Notes: a model not told the origin generated them from the letters alone. Shown: positions 13,947 to 27,508, counted from the stretch's first letter. The stretch: 64,000 nucleotides of DNA from Octopus vulgaris (GCA_951406725.2 OX597821.1:22010001-22074000); one strand, 5' to 3'. Translations and numbers: made by a program.

Positions 13947-13977
<31 letters not shown>

Positions 13978-14039
13978 ATGTATGTATGTATGTATGTATG
14001 TATGTATGTATGTATGTATGTGTGTCTGTATGTATGTAC

Positions 14040-15310
14040 ATCCATTCTCGAACCTCTGACAGCATATTTAATATCAGGCACTTTGCTGAAGAAACGGAAG
14101 TATTTACCTCTCTCATAAGAGAGCTTTTGTATGCAGATGATTGTGATCTAGTAGCGCACACAGAGATTGATATGCAACATATTTTGAATGCATTCTCTGA
14201 TGCTTGCACTACCTTAGGATTGACAGTCAGTCTGAAGAAAGCTGTTGTGATGTACCAATCTGCCCCTGGAAAGCAGTATAGTGAACCAAATATCTATGTG
14301 TATGGTAAACGACTTGGTGTAGTTGATCAGTTTGTCTACATGTGAAGCACTGCTAATAGATATAGCAATTTGGATGATGAAATTCCATACAGAATTAGTA
14401 AAGCAAGTAATGCTTTCAGAAGGCTAGAAAGGCGCCTCTGGAGTCGGCGAGACATACGCAGGAAGACAAAGATAAAGGTGTACAAGGCGTATGTGCTCTC
14501 TTCTCTTCTTTATGCCTGCGAAATGTGGCTCACATATCGATACCACCTTAAACAACTGGAACGTTTCCATCAGATGTGTCTCAGATGGATCTCTGGAATT
14601 AAGTGGGAGGACCGCATCAGTGATCTTGAGATATCGCAAAGTTCTCGGTGTGAAAGTATAGAAGCTCTTGTGTTGAAGCAAAGGCTCAGATGGAGTGGTC
14701 ATCTGGTCAGGGTGAAAGATTCAAGGATGTCAAAACACAACTCTTTTATGGAGAGTTAGCTAAAGGAGAACGACCTCCACATAAACCAGAAAAGATGTAT
14801 AAAGACTTGCTGAAGGTTTCCTGAGATGTAGGAGGGCATAGCTATTGACGTAGCAGGTGGAGAATGATTGTGTACGAGGGGACAGCTGCTTTTGAGAAAT
14901 CGAGTTGCACTTCCAGATGGTAAAGGTCTTGTCTTTCTATGATATTGATATGCAGCGTCTGTGCAAGACCCTGCCTCAGTAAAGCTGGACTCAAGAGTCA
15001 TCTTCGTATTCATATAGCGAGACAGATGAGTGCCAACCTGGCCACTGGTGGTGGTGGTGTTACACACCATACTAATCATATCTGTTAGACACGTGGAATG
15101 GATTGTAATTCGGCGGGAGCACTTAAACGACATGCATAGGTACAAGAAACCCAGTTACAAAAACAGCTGCCTATTGCTGGTAAAGGTTTTAGCTGCCAAT
15201 TCTGTACAAGATATTGTAGATCTTTAGCTGGGCTAAAAAGTCACATTCGATCACAGCACCATTAAGCCTCGTGCAATGGCTATACTCGATAACGAGGGGC
15301 AACCATCAAG
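14040..15310 (+). pseudogene. RTE-clade LINE, 5'-truncated (RT C-terminal half plus 3' end)
   Basis: ELLYADDCDL...LGLTVSLKK; DDEIPYRISKASNAFRRL...TKIKVYKAYVLSSLLYACEMW; QRLRWSGHLVRV. Contains stops and frameshifts. (TATG)n on both sides. Confidence 0.92.
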
Positions 15311-15484
15311 TATGTATGTATGTATGTATGTATGTATGTATGTATGTATGTATGTATGTATGTATGTATGCATGCATGTATGTATGTATGTATGTATGTA
15401 TGTATGTATGTATGTATGTATGTATGTATGTATGTATGTATGTATGTATGTATGTATGTATGTATGATTGCATATATGTATATA

Positions 15485-15735
15485 TAAAAAATACAAAATG
15501 GGACACGAACGCAAAACATCTAGACAGCTAGGTGATATAAAAATGGGACAACAAAACATCCAGATAGACGATACAAAGAAAACAAGGACGGGTCATTCGA
15601 AGTTTTCTTTCCTCAGTCAAACACCAGATTATCCACGCAATTTCGGCTTGTGATTGCTCCAATCTGGCCAACCCCAAGGCAAAACTAAGCTAAGAGCATT
15701 AGATTCATTGGGAGAAAGCAGCACGATTTCGGATG
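15485..15735. repeat. Unclassified interspersed repeat
   Basis: aaaacat..cagatagacgatacaaaga shared with the reverse complement of 58200-58280. Abuts TA tract. Confidence 0.4.
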
Positions 15736-15779
15736 TTTAGTTTTCACAAAAGAACCGTCCTCGATATTTGAACAATACA

Positions 15780-15912
15780 ACTCTGCCGAGATCGACTTCC
15801 CCTTTGATCCTTTCGGGGTTGATAAATTAAGTTCCGGTGAAATGCTGAAGTCGATGTAATCGACTAGTCCCCTCAATTTAAGACCTTGTGTCTATAGCAG
15901 GAAGGATATTTT
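15780..15912 (+). mobile_element. Nin/Deu-domain SINE 3' part
   Basis: gccgagatcgactt...cctttcggggttgataaattaagt ... ccttgtgtctatagcaggaagga. Confidence 0.7.
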
Positions 15913-16402
15913 AACAACACATTAATTTGGCTTTTACATGAGTCCAAAGAGAACCGATTGGTGACGGCTGAAATATCTAATGACTCTTTAGAGAAATCCT
16001 TTGTATTTAAGATATAGCATAACAATACGATATACGTGAGGTCATCAGGAAAGGCTCTTGTGTTTTCTGACTAATGCTTCCGTTACGTATAGCTTCTATA
16101 TGTTCATACCTAGTCTTCAAGTTATATTAATTCTTCACACAATCCTAATCCAGGCCTATTTCACTGATATAACTTGACTCACTGCGGAGAAATATGTACA
16201 CATCAAAAATAAAAACCATACACACACAGACACACACGTGCGTACACACGCAGGCGCATGTAAGCTTATATATGAGTACACAAATCGTAATTGTGAGTAC
16301 ACAAATCGTATATGTGAGGACACAAATCGACAGACGGACGGACGGACGGACAGACAGACAGACAGATAGACAGACAGACAGACAGACAGATAGATAGAAA
16401 GG

Positions 16403-16476
<74 letters not shown>

Positions 16477-16587
16477 TCAGTTCGTTTATTAATAAATAGT
16501 GTAGATCTTGTCGCACAGTGTGGGTATCCATATCTGTATCTCCATCTGCCTAACTATATCTAGCTATCGATCTATCAATATATCTCT

Positions 16588-16999
16588 CTCTTTTACTCTT
16601 TTACTTGTTTCAGTCATTTGACTGCGGCCATGCTAGAGCACCGTCTTTTTTAGTCGAGCAAATCGACCCCAGGACTTATTCTTTGTAAGCCTAGTACTTA
16701 TTCTGTCGGTCTCTTTTGCCGAACCGCTAAGTAACGGGGACGTAAACACACCAGCATCGGTTGTCAAGCAATGCTAGGGGGAGCAAACACAGACACACAC
16801 AAACACACACACACATATATATACATATACATATATACGATGGGCTTCTTTCAGTTTCCGCCTACCAAATCCACTCACAAGGCTTTGGGCGGCCCGAGGC
16901 TATAGTAGAAGACACTTGCCCAAGATGCCACGCTGTAGGACTGAACCCGGAACCATGTGGTTGGTAAGCAAGCTACTTACCACACAGCCACTCCTGCGC

Positions 17000-17000
<1 letters not shown>
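16588..17000 (-). mobile_element. OK-like SINE, full length
   Basis: Aligns end to end with 21209-21617. Confidence 0.92.
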
Positions 17001-17050
<50 letters not shown>

Positions 17051-17830
17051 ATGCGGTCAGAGCGACGAAACCGTTCTGCACGCACTCGTGCAGTGTCCAA
17101 CAATTTCCGACCTGTAGGCTTATGTCGAACAACTGCTGTCACGTGTGGGACGAGTCGGTTTATCAGCTGAGTCTATCGTCAATATTGTCACGCCTCCTTC
17201 CTTCAAACGGGAAGGAAGAGCTATTTTCATCATCCTTGTGGCTATGGCGAAAGAATGTATCTGGTGGACGCGTCTGAAAGGATTGGAGACAAACACTTTC
17301 CTCTCTGGTCAATCTCTCATCAACTTCTTCAAGTACCACTTGAAAAGGAAAGTGAGAGTAGAGAGGCAAGTTTTTCTAGCGAATGTTTTAAAAAAAGATG
17401 GGTGAATGTAGCAAGAATGGCACGTATGAATGACGAAGCCACCTTGAGCATGATCCTATGAACCCAGAAATTGAAAACAGAGAGTTGCTTATTCGCAAAA
17501 AAAAAAAAAAAAAAGAAATATAACATGTGACTTCATTGACCGAGGTTACCGTGGTCTTTTCCGTAGGCTTTTCTTTCCACGGGTAAACCTCACCTGTCCT
17601 CCCCTTTACACTTCATATTGACATTTCTGTGATAACGATCCCTATTGATCAATTTTTTTTCCCTCTCCCCCTTTTTTTTAACCCCCCTTTTTTTTGTCCT
17701 CTTTCTCTCCTTTTACGATCCCTTTTGATCGAAACTCCCCCTTCCTTTTTTTTTTTTAAACCTTCAAAAGAAAAGCTCTACCTTGTAATTTGTTCTATCT
17801 GTGTGCAGCCCTGTGTGGCTAATAAAGAAA
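17051..17830 (+). pseudogene. Tx1/L1-clade LINE 3' end (ORF2 C-terminus plus 3' UTR)
   Basis: CGQSDETVLHALVQC (zinc-knuckle half) ... AKECIWWTR ... FKKRW. T-rich UTR ending gccctgtgtggctaataaagaaa. Sits in (TATC)n. Confidence 0.8.
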
Positions 17831-18273
17831 CATATCTACCTATCTAAATGTCTGCTTTTTTGTATTTCTTTCGAGTAACTCATCCCGATTTCTCTCTATT
17901 TCTTCTTTCACCTTCCTCATTCAACCTCTCTGTCTCTCTCTCTCATTCTGTCCCACACACACACACACACACACATACACACATACACAAACGCGCGCGC
18001 ACACATATACACACACACATACGCAGTTTCCCTCCACACCTTTCTCCGTAACCCCCATGTATTCCTTCAACAGTTAGTCTTACTTTTAAAACCCATGATT
18101 CATCTCAAACACTTCCTGTTCTTATCACAGTTATTAGGTCTTCAGAAACACATTAAATTACTAACCACCGCCACCCTCACTCCGCTGAGGAGCTGTGTGT
18201 GTTTCCATAGCAACGCTGAAGATAATCCAATGTTTACTGCTTGTTTTTTTTCTTTAAATTTCAACATATTCAT

Positions 18274-18619
<346 letters not shown>

Positions 18620-19207
18620 AAATACACACACACATTCATATAAAATATATCCCCTTCGAATATTCAGTACATTTTATCAACTACACCAGTGCTAACTCAT
18701 CTTTTTCTTCTGTGTAAATACAATTCTTTAGTCCATGTGTGCATATGTAGTTATGTAAGCATGTATATACGTATAAGTATAGATAGGTGTATGTGTGTGT
18801 GGGGGGTTAAATACAACTATCCGCGTGCCAATCTGTATTCGTGTCTGCTTATATTTCATGGATTGTGTGAAAGGATGGAAGTGCTGTTTTTTTAATCTTT
18901 TTGATGGTGCTGTTAGTGATGGTCATGATAGGAATGGTGGTGGTATCATTGTATATGTTGTTGTTGGTATTTTTGTTGTTGCTATTGTCATTTAGCCCTC
19001 GGTGAACTTTGATCCAGCAAACTTTTTGTCAAATGCTATCCAGTTTTGACCACCTCGTCATTTGATGTCCACTTACTAAATCATCGTTGAAGACAATGAC
19101 GCAGAATTTGAGGGTTACTCGGCTACTGTTTCCAGCATCCATTTTGACAAAACTGAATCGAAAAGAAGGCGATTCTGTTGATGGTCACAGTTGCACACTC
19201 CCACACG

Positions 19208-19253
<46 letters not shown>

Positions 19254-19299
19254 TGTACATACATATACACATACATGTTACTGTTAACGGCGTTGTTAG

Positions 19300-19760
19300 C
19301 GATGGCGGCAGCGGCAACCTCAGTGGCGTGGCGGCGGCGGCGGCGTTGCTGGCTGTGTTCTTTGTGCCGGTGATGGTGTGGTGACGGCAGCTTGAAATGG
19401 CGGCAGGGGTGGTGTCTGTTACACCTGTGACGATGGTGGGGGTGATGTGAACGGCAGTTGTGGCTGTAATGGCGGCAGCAGAGACGTTATTAGTGGTGGT
19501 GGTGGTGGTGGTGGTGGTGGTGGTGGTGGTGGTGGTGGTTTTGGTGGTGGTGGTAGTGGTGTTGTTGTTGTTGGTGGTGGTGGTGGTGGTGGTGGTGGTG
19601 GTGGTAGTGGTGGTGGTGGTGGTGGTGGTGGTGGTGGTGGTGGTGCTGCTGCTGCTGCTGGTGGTCGTGGTGGTGGTGATGGTCGTGATGGTCGTGGTGG
19701 TCGTAATGGAGGTCGTGGTCGTAGCCGTGGTGGCCGTCGTCGTCGTCGTTGTGGAAATGG
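19300..19760. repeat. (GGT)n/(GGC)n/(GTC)n trinucleotide low-complexity tract
   Basis: Direct reading. Confidence 0.9.
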
Positions 19761-19855
19761 TATTGTGTGCTAAGAAATTACCTGATATTGTAGACCTGTT
19801 TTCCATTGCAAGATATCAGTTGAAGAATGCGGTGCTACGTAGCCTCACATCCACC

Positions 19856-19917
<62 letters not shown>

Positions 19918-20066
19918 GTTCCACACCGACAATTGAGGAAATACATGAAGCGGCAATTATACGGTATACTTACTACAGATAACTATTTCTTGCTTCTTTA
20001 ACTGTAACATACACTACCACACAATACACGAACATACACACACATACGAAAACATATATATACGTA

Positions 20067-20371
20067 TATCACGTGATCACGTGACCGACCAGACCATCAG
20101 ATGTTCCACATCGCTGGTCACAATGCGTTCGCATTGTTTTAGCCTTTGAATGACGCCACCCCGCTGGCTAAGCGAGCAGGCCAACAGAAGAAAGAGAGGG
20201 AGAAAGAGTGGTGAAAGAGTACAGCAGGGATCACCACCCCCTGCCGGAGCGTCGTGGGGCTTTTTTAGGTGTTTTCGCTCAATAAACACTCACAACACCC
20301 GGTCTGGGAATCGAAACCGCGATCCTACAACCGCGAGTCCGCTGCCCTAACCACTGGGCCATTGCGCCTCC
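20067..20371 (-). mobile_element. OR-like SINE (head A + tail 2)
   Basis: Reverse complement matches 8633-8933. Confidence 0.9.
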
Positions 20372-20419
20372 ACATATACGTATATATATATATATATATA
20401 TGTAAAAATGTAAAAAAAA

Positions 20420-20622
20420 TGTGACCTCGTGTGTACTGTTGGCGATTTTTTTCCTCTGTCTTCCCTTCTCTTGATCTTTCCTTCTTCTATGTTTCCGACG
20501 AAGAGCTCCGCTCGAAACGTTAAACCCTCCTTCTTTCCTTCTTTCCTGAGCGTCCAATAATACTATATTTGTTCCACGTCCTCGCGTTGTTGTGTTTTTT
20601 GTGCTTTCTTGTTTGGATCAAC
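20420..20622 (+). mobile_element. ~200-bp Penelope pLTR-like element with hammerhead motif
   Basis: GTTT-CCGACGA-A-GAGC-tcc-GCTC-GAAA-CG-TT-AAAC at 20491-20525. Second copy at 54470-54676. TA-flanked. Confidence 0.75.
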
Positions 20623-20641
20623 TATATATGTATATGTATAC

Positions 20642-20705
<64 letters not shown>

Positions 20706-20717
20706 AGACATATATGA

Positions 20718-20771
<54 letters not shown>

Positions 20772-20984
20772 GTGTGTGCATGTATATACATACATATGCA
20801 GTTTTCGCCAAAAGCCACCTGACAGTAAATCAAAATTATTCAATTCCAAGATTAAAGCAAAAAATTATTTCATATGAGACTTCGCCAATAAACAGACAAA
20901 TGTTTTTAAAAAAGCATTCAATTATTAAACATTCATAATTGGAATGAATAAATAAAATTGAATATTAAGTATATATGGAATATT

Positions 20985-21165
20985 AAATAATTATATAGCT
21001 AAAAAAATAAAAACAGAGAAAAAAACAAAAAAAGGTGAAGACGTAGCAAGGCAATGTATTAATAAGACGCTCAGAGAAAGAAAAGAGTAGTCGTTTTACG
21101 TTTCGAGAATTGCTCTTCTTCAGAAACAAGAATAGCAGGAAAGTCCAAAGGAAGAAAGGAATACA
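20985..21165 (-). mobile_element. Older relative of the 20420 element with hammerhead motif
   Basis: Minus strand GTTT-CTGAAGA-A-GAG-caatt-CTC-GAAA-CG-TA-AAAC at 21093-21127. Confidence 0.65.
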
Positions 21166-21208
21166 TACATACATATATATATATATTCATATATATATAA
21201 TATTCATA

Positions 21209-21616
21209 GGCGCAGGAGTGGCTGTGTGGTAAGTAGCTTGCTAACCAACCACATGGTTCCGGGTTCAGTCCCACTGCGTGGCATCTTGGGCAAGTGTCTT
21301 CTGCTATAGCCCCGGGCCGATCAATGCCTTGTGAGTGGATTTGGTAGACGGAAACTGAAAGAAGCCTGTCGTATATATGTATATATATATGTGTGTGTTT
21401 GTATGTGTTTGTGTTTGTCCCCCTAGCATTGCCTGACAACCGATGCTGGTGTGTTTACGTCCCCGTTACTTAGCGGTTCGGCAAAAGAGACCGATAGAAT
21501 AATTACTGGGCTTACAAAGAATAAGTCCCGTGATCGATTTGCTCGACTAAAGGCGGTGCTCCAGCATGGCCGCAGTCAAATGACTGAAACAAGTAAAAGA
21601 GTAAAAGAGTAAAAGA

Positions 21617-21617
<1 letters not shown>
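21209..21617 (+). mobile_element. OK-like SINE, full length
   Basis: ggcgcaggagtggctgtgtggtaag (A box), gggttcagtccc (B box), internal (TA)(TG) tract, (gtaaaaga)n tail. Confidence 0.92.
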
Positions 21618-21658
<41 letters not shown>

Positions 21659-22973
21659 ACACACAGAAAGAGAGACGGGTGGATTCGTGGGCATATGGCC
21701 CCATATGCTTTCATATATATATATTTATGTGCCCACGAATCCACCCATCTTTATTTCTAATATAAATATAGATATAGATATAGATACATACATATACGCA
21801 TAATACACGTACGCGCGGTATATGTTTGTGTGTGTGTTAACCAAGAAGTGATAAATTACAGGATTGAATCCGTAGGTGCAAAGTTTTTTTATGGTTTTTG
21901 AATGAATAACTCGAATATTGCAGTACACCGAGTTTCGCGTTTCTGCTCCTTCAGCCAGCAAACCTCACCTGTTGTCTCTTCAATCATCCAATGCTTAAAT
22001 ATATATTTTTAAAATATTTATGAAACCCATTAAGAAACACTTATCTCAGTATTTCATTTAGTTATACGTAAGATGTACTATAAAAGCAGCTGTTTTCGGA
22101 TTACTTTTCCATATGTTTCCTGCCTTGGTAGGAATACAAATATTATCTAAATAATATGAAAACATTTTCACACTTTTAATTTATCGCTGCATTCAGCATC
22201 CAACTTCACTGGAAACGAGGTTACTCTCAAACTATTTTCATGAAATTCCGTTTCAGTATAAATATTTTTGAAACACTCGTCCGAAAAGAATTACAACTTC
22301 GCAACAAACGCTTTTTCACTCAACTAGGTCGAAAATAAAGGAAGCTTGTACTTACACAAAAGATGTTTAGCTTCATTAATACAAACTCTCTGATCTTTTG
22401 TTTAAACCATAACTGCAATGAGATCAAATTTATTTTTGTCGCTCAAATACAGATCACACCACATTTTAAAAATTGAAGTTGCAATTCTTATAGGCTTGTG
22501 GTTTATCCACAAATGATCAAGTAATTTTGAATTTGTAAGGATTGTCACTAGAAGTGTTTAAATTTTGACAAAACCGTTGGACATTTAAAATTAGGTCTAA
22601 CAAATGAATGCTTTTGCTCATAGTATCGAGTTTTTATTATTAATTCTGCTGCCCCAACAAAAACTTATGCTTCATCACTACTATTGGTTTCAAATTTAAT
22701 GCTATATACTAACGAATTTGACATTACCATGTCAAATTACCAGCTGGTGCACCATTTTCAAGTTTTCTAACTTTCCATGACTGATGCTGGTTAGATGCTA
22801 ACCATTGAAAGAAATACACACAAGAATAACATGGTCCCTTGTATGCACTAGAGAGGTTAGCATATCCTCGGAAAGACTAAATGATTTCTCTACATTGATC
22901 AGTTCGATCGCCGAACACCCAGTGAACACACACAAACACACACACACACACACACTCACACACACTTATATGG

Positions 22974-23150
22974 GCGGGGGATGAAATGTTCCTGGCTTTA
23001 AAGGTATTGTGAAAGGCCTGGTTGGAAGCCCAACCTTCCAAGTTCACACATTGTGTGAATCTGAGAGGGGAATATGTTGAATAAAATCATAATTAACTGA
23101 TTTTCCTGTATTCTCTTTTAACCAAAGCCTGGAACTTTTCTGCACCTCAT
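22974..23150 (+). mobile_element. Mariner-derived MITE
   Basis: Imperfect TIRs gaaatgttcctggcttt / aaagcctggaacttttc. Internal CVNLRGEYVE* resembles the mariner transposase C-terminus. Confidence 0.7.
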
Positions 23151-23229
23151 GCATTCTTCCATTACACGTTTCCTTGACCAATCCTAATAGTAGTAGTAAA
23201 AACAATTGCCTCGAATCTTACCACAAAGT

Positions 23230-23590
23230 TATTAGTTTTAGTAGGAGTAGGATAGTCGAATAGATCGATCACAGTGTCTCACTAGTACCTTATTTTATCG
23301 ACCCAGAAATTATGAAAAGTAAAGCTGTCCAAGTCTGGATGTGTACTTAGAACGTAAAGAGCCGAAAACAATGACGCTAAACATAGCACGACGTGCTAAT
23401 GATTCTGACAACTCGATTTGAACTCAGAATGCATCTGTCAAGTACTTGTACTTTGTTGTCGATTCCGAAAGGATGAACAATAAAGCCCACTTCGGTGGGA
23501 TTTAATCTCAGGGCTCAGAGAATGGGATCGAATACCACAACGTATCCTGTGTAACAATCTAATAGCTCCGCTAAATTGCCGCCATTGCCA
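23230..23590 (-). mobile_element. Two degenerate Nin/Deu-domain SINE fragments
   Basis: ttttatcgaccc and ccgaaaggatgaa motifs in reverse orientation. Confidence 0.55.
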
Positions 23591-24507
23591 CAAAAGCACT
23601 ATGAGAGATACACTGTGAAATAAAAATAACAATCGTACAATATTCCAAATATCTGTTATTTCAAATATTGTGATTTACTTTGTTATATATCGTTAGATAA
23701 TCGATAAATTACCATGAGATATTTTAATGAAATAAATGAGCGATCTACCCCTGTTTGAAATAAGCCCCTGAGATAAGATTTGATATAAAATTTATCAAAT
23801 ACAAAACAAGTTTATGGCATAGTCTACGATATAGAATCATGCATTGATTTTTGCATTATATAACATAAGATATTAATGAACAACAACGATATTTCTAAAA
23901 GCTGTTTATACTATCGGATACTATAACAAAGAGTATCTCCTCCGGCTCTCTGAGTTCAAATTCTATTAAGGTCATCTTTGGTTTTTCATTTGTTTGGCGG
24001 CCGATAAATAAAGTACCAGTTGTATACTGTATTCAATACATTCTTATATTCTCCCACAAGAAAAAACTGTAAGATTTTCAACCGATATCTTCTTTACCCA
24101 CATATTGTATTTCTGCTTTTGTTTTTGTTGATGGTGTTTTTGTTCATATCTGTCCCTAAATCAATCCTGGTCAAGCAGACTATTCTTCTTCTTTTTTTAA
24201 CTTGCCGGGTCGAGAGGAAAGGCCAGTGTTTATATTCTTTACAGTGTCCCTTAGACCGATGAGGTCAGTACCATTAATTTTTCCTCTTGAATCTGTAAGA
24301 CAACATATGCAGAGAAGACATTAGCAGGAGGGAAATTCCAGAGGACCAATGTTCAGGTGATAAAAAAAAGGACCAAACGGAAACACTAGTAGAACCTGCA
24401 GCGGTGGTTAACATAACAAGGATGAAGAGAGGCAGAACGACTGGGTGGGAAACCCCTGCATGGAGTTGGCATGAGCCTAATTAGGTCGAAGAGTAGGCGT
24501 ACATTAT

Positions 24508-24845
24508 GGGTAAAGATACCCTTCGGTCATGAATGACCGTGGGATTGCACCTAGAAAGTTACCCTCCGAAGCACAAGTCCGGGCACGGTTGTTAATAGCA
24601 GACCGGCAGTCGTCCTTGCATACCAGCCTCTCCTCTCAAAGCCATTGATGTTATCCAAGGGAAAGGCAGAGGCCGATATATTTTGGCACCAGTGACATCG
24701 CAATTCATATCTAACAACTGAGTGAACTGAAGCAACATGAAATAAAGTGTCTTGCTCAAAAACATAACACACAGCCCAGTCCTGGAATCGAACTCACTAC
24801 CTCACAATCGTGATCCCAAAGCTCTAACCACTAAGCCATGCACTT
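24508..24845 (-). mobile_element. tRNA-derived SINE (head B + tail 3), full length
   Basis: Minus strand A box tggcttagtgg, B box gagttcgattcc. Same body as 36494-36815. Confidence 0.88.
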
Positions 24846-25244
24846 ATTATAATAGCAGTAGAAACGGCAGAGCAGGGGCCCATTATATTAACGTAGAAAA
24901 GGCAGAGAAGCCAGTTGACCAAAGACTGAAGCCTGTGAGCAAATTTATGCCAATGAGTAGGGTGCTCCTAATTGGGAATACGGGTTTCGAATGACAGTGA
25001 ACGTAGCAACATCACCGACTCGAATGTGTAAGCAATAATGCGTTGTGGGCCTCACCTAAACTTTGTTGGGCATCAATAATTATTGGCGGTTGATAAGAAG
25101 GTCCAGTCATCGGGATTTGGTCCTTAAATATGTTAATAATCAAAATCATTCAAACCATCACAATCCTGTCTCTTCTATATTTCGAAAATGGCAAATCCTG
25201 GATCACGATATTGAATATCATATTTTTAAAGACTGTCTCCTATA

Positions 25245-25570
25245 ACCTCGGGCCGATCAAAACCTTGTTAATGGATTTGGGGGCCGGAAACCGAAACATG
25301 CCCGTCGTATACGTGTGTATGTGTGTGTGTATGTGTGTGTGCGTGTGTGTGTCTTTGTGTCTATCTTTGTCCCTCACTACAGCTTGACAAACTGTGTTGC
25401 ATTATTTACATCCCAGTAACTTAACAGTTCGACAAAAGAAAATAAGTACCAAGCATAAAAAGAAAATAATTACTGGGGTCGATTCAATAGATCAAAAAAT
25501 CCTTCAAGACGGTGCCCCAGCATAGTTGCAGTCTAGTAACTTAAACAAGTAAAAAACAAAAGATAAAAGA
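25245..25570 (+). mobile_element. OK-like SINE, old 5'-truncated copy
   Basis: cctcgggccgatcaaaaccttg ... gacggtgccccagcatagttgcagtc. Confidence 0.75.
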
Positions 25571-25770
25571 TATGTGCATGTTGAATATTTGCAGAGGTTT
25601 ACTTTCTGGACAAGTGATTTGTTCTGAGAACGTGTGTTGAAACCAAAACGATTGCAACGTAGAAAACCCGTACTTGTCGTCGAAATACACACACAGACAG
25701 TTGGCTTCACTGAAACATTTATTGGCTACTACAGTTCTATCTCTAAAGAGATGAAGAATTATGTACCTTA

Positions 25771-25927
25771 TTTACATTATTTACATTTGACAGATATTTG
25801 TCCTCATCTTCTTTGTTGTTAACACAACGCTTCAGCATATATACTCTCCAGCCTTCATCAGGTGTCTTAGGGAAATTTCGAACCTGGGTTCCCATTCTTA
25901 AGGTATTTTTCAATGTTGTTGTTGTTG

Positions 25928-25987
<60 letters not shown>

Positions 25988-26187
25988 TCACTGCCTGGAA
26001 TCGAACTCGGAATCTTGGGATCAATAGCCCGCGCTCTTAACCACTATATCATATGCCCGTGGGCAACCATGGAGTGAATTTTAGGGCATAATTACCCACG
26101 GGAATATAGTGTAGTGGTTAAGAGCGCGGGCTACTAATCTCAAGATTCCGAGTTCGATTCCAGGCAATGACGTGAATAATAATAATA

Positions 26188-26239
<52 letters not shown>

Positions 26240-26259
26240 TAATGATGATAATAATAATG

Positions 26260-26313
<54 letters not shown>

Positions 26314-26403
26314 TCGAAAAATACCTTACGAATGAGAACCCAGGTTTGAAATTTCCCCAAAGACACCTGATGAGAAATATCCGTCAAATGTAAATAATGT
26401 AAA
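25771..26403. mobile_element. Palindromic element: two divergent tRNA-like heads, each with (AAT)n and a Penelope-type hammerhead tail
   Basis: Arms 25771-26066 and 26092-26403. A box 26107-26117, B box 26150-26161. Minus-strand gacac-CTGATGA-aggc...gct-GAAG-cgtt-gtgt at 25821-25866. Confidence 0.75.
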
Positions 26404-26435
26404 GAACGTAAAGAAAGTATTTATTGGCTACATAA

Positions 26436-26640
26436 TTACCTATCGTCTTCCACGGACATTCTTCCGCTTCTGAGGCGCCCGAGCCATTCGAAACATTGCA
26501 TACGACCCATTGCTTTGTCGCCGCAAGCTTGCCGAAGCCTGTTCAATGTCTCTGTAGCAGACTTCCCTAGTTTAACGCAAAATTTCATGCTGGTTCTTTG
26601 TTCGAATTTCCTGTCCATGACAAAAATCGCAGACTACAGC
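26436..26640 (-). pseudogene. Mariner transposase N-terminal HTH fragment
   Basis: EQRTSMKFCVKLGKSATETL...ACGDKAMGRMQCFEW...SGRMSVEDD is the typical mariner N-terminus. Confidence 0.85.
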
Positions 26641-27276
26641 AGACACATTTGCCGGGACGAAAGTTTTGACAATAAACTGAGTAAAATTAACAGTCTTTGT
26701 GTGTTTTTGAATAATGACTATGCGTCTTCCGTGCTGCAGTCGTTTGTATATTTAATATTTCACAAGCGGTACCCGTGAATATTTCATGGAATTAATGGTA
26801 AACTTGTTGGGTTATGACTGAAAACTTTATCCTAAAAACTTGAAACCGTAACCTGTGTTGTATCTGTATGAAATGATAGTCGCTCATCTGCTAATCATTG
26901 AAAAGTGAAGGAAACTGAAATACGATGCTTACTTAATACACTTTATATATACTCTTTATATACTTATGCACAATTTTATAGACTTAATACACAACCCTCT
27001 CCCTCTTTCTCTCTCCCTCTTCGCCTTACCCTGTTTTTCTCTCCCATTTTCCTTTTCTCTTTGCCTTTCGCTTCAACTAATCATGTGAAAGCATTAACGA
27101 CGAGCTAGGTAACGGAGGAAAAGAACTTAGCTAAAAATATTGCACATTTCAATTACCACCACTTCCCCTCCTCTCCACCCACCTTCCTCGCTTTCAACCC
27201 TTAAACTAATCACGTGGATGCGTTGTGGACGGGCTAAGTATCGGAGCGACAAGCAGAATTATAATAAAATATATGG

Positions 27277-27508
27277 AAGGCTGCGAGTCCACAGATCGTT
27301 AGAGCGTCGTAAAAATGCTTTTGTGGTATTCGTTCCGGCTCTTTTACGTTCTGATCTCAAATCCCACCTATTACAAGTTTGTCTTTCCATCTCTCCAAAT
27401 TCAATGAAATAAAATGCCGTTCAAATACTGGCGCTCATGGCATCGATTATACCTCTTTCACTCAAAATTGCTGTCCATGGAACTAAATTAGAAATTATTA
27501 GATTTCAC

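Noticed and set aside
16273-16330. Three 21-bp direct repeats, considered as CRISPR-like
   Set aside because: Contiguous tandem units with no spacers, in eukaryotic DNA; an ordinary minisatellite.
19123-19918. Poly-Thr, poly-Gly or poly-Val ORFs
   Set aside because: (GGT)n trinucleotide tract.
21850-22750. AT-rich complex segment possibly from a DNA transposon
   Set aside because: No recognisable peptide motif or TIR could be read.
26100-26172. tRNA gene call (also SINE heads at 8633, 46943 and others)
   Set aside because: A and B boxes are present but the acceptor stem does not close, and the sequence continues into a repeat body.
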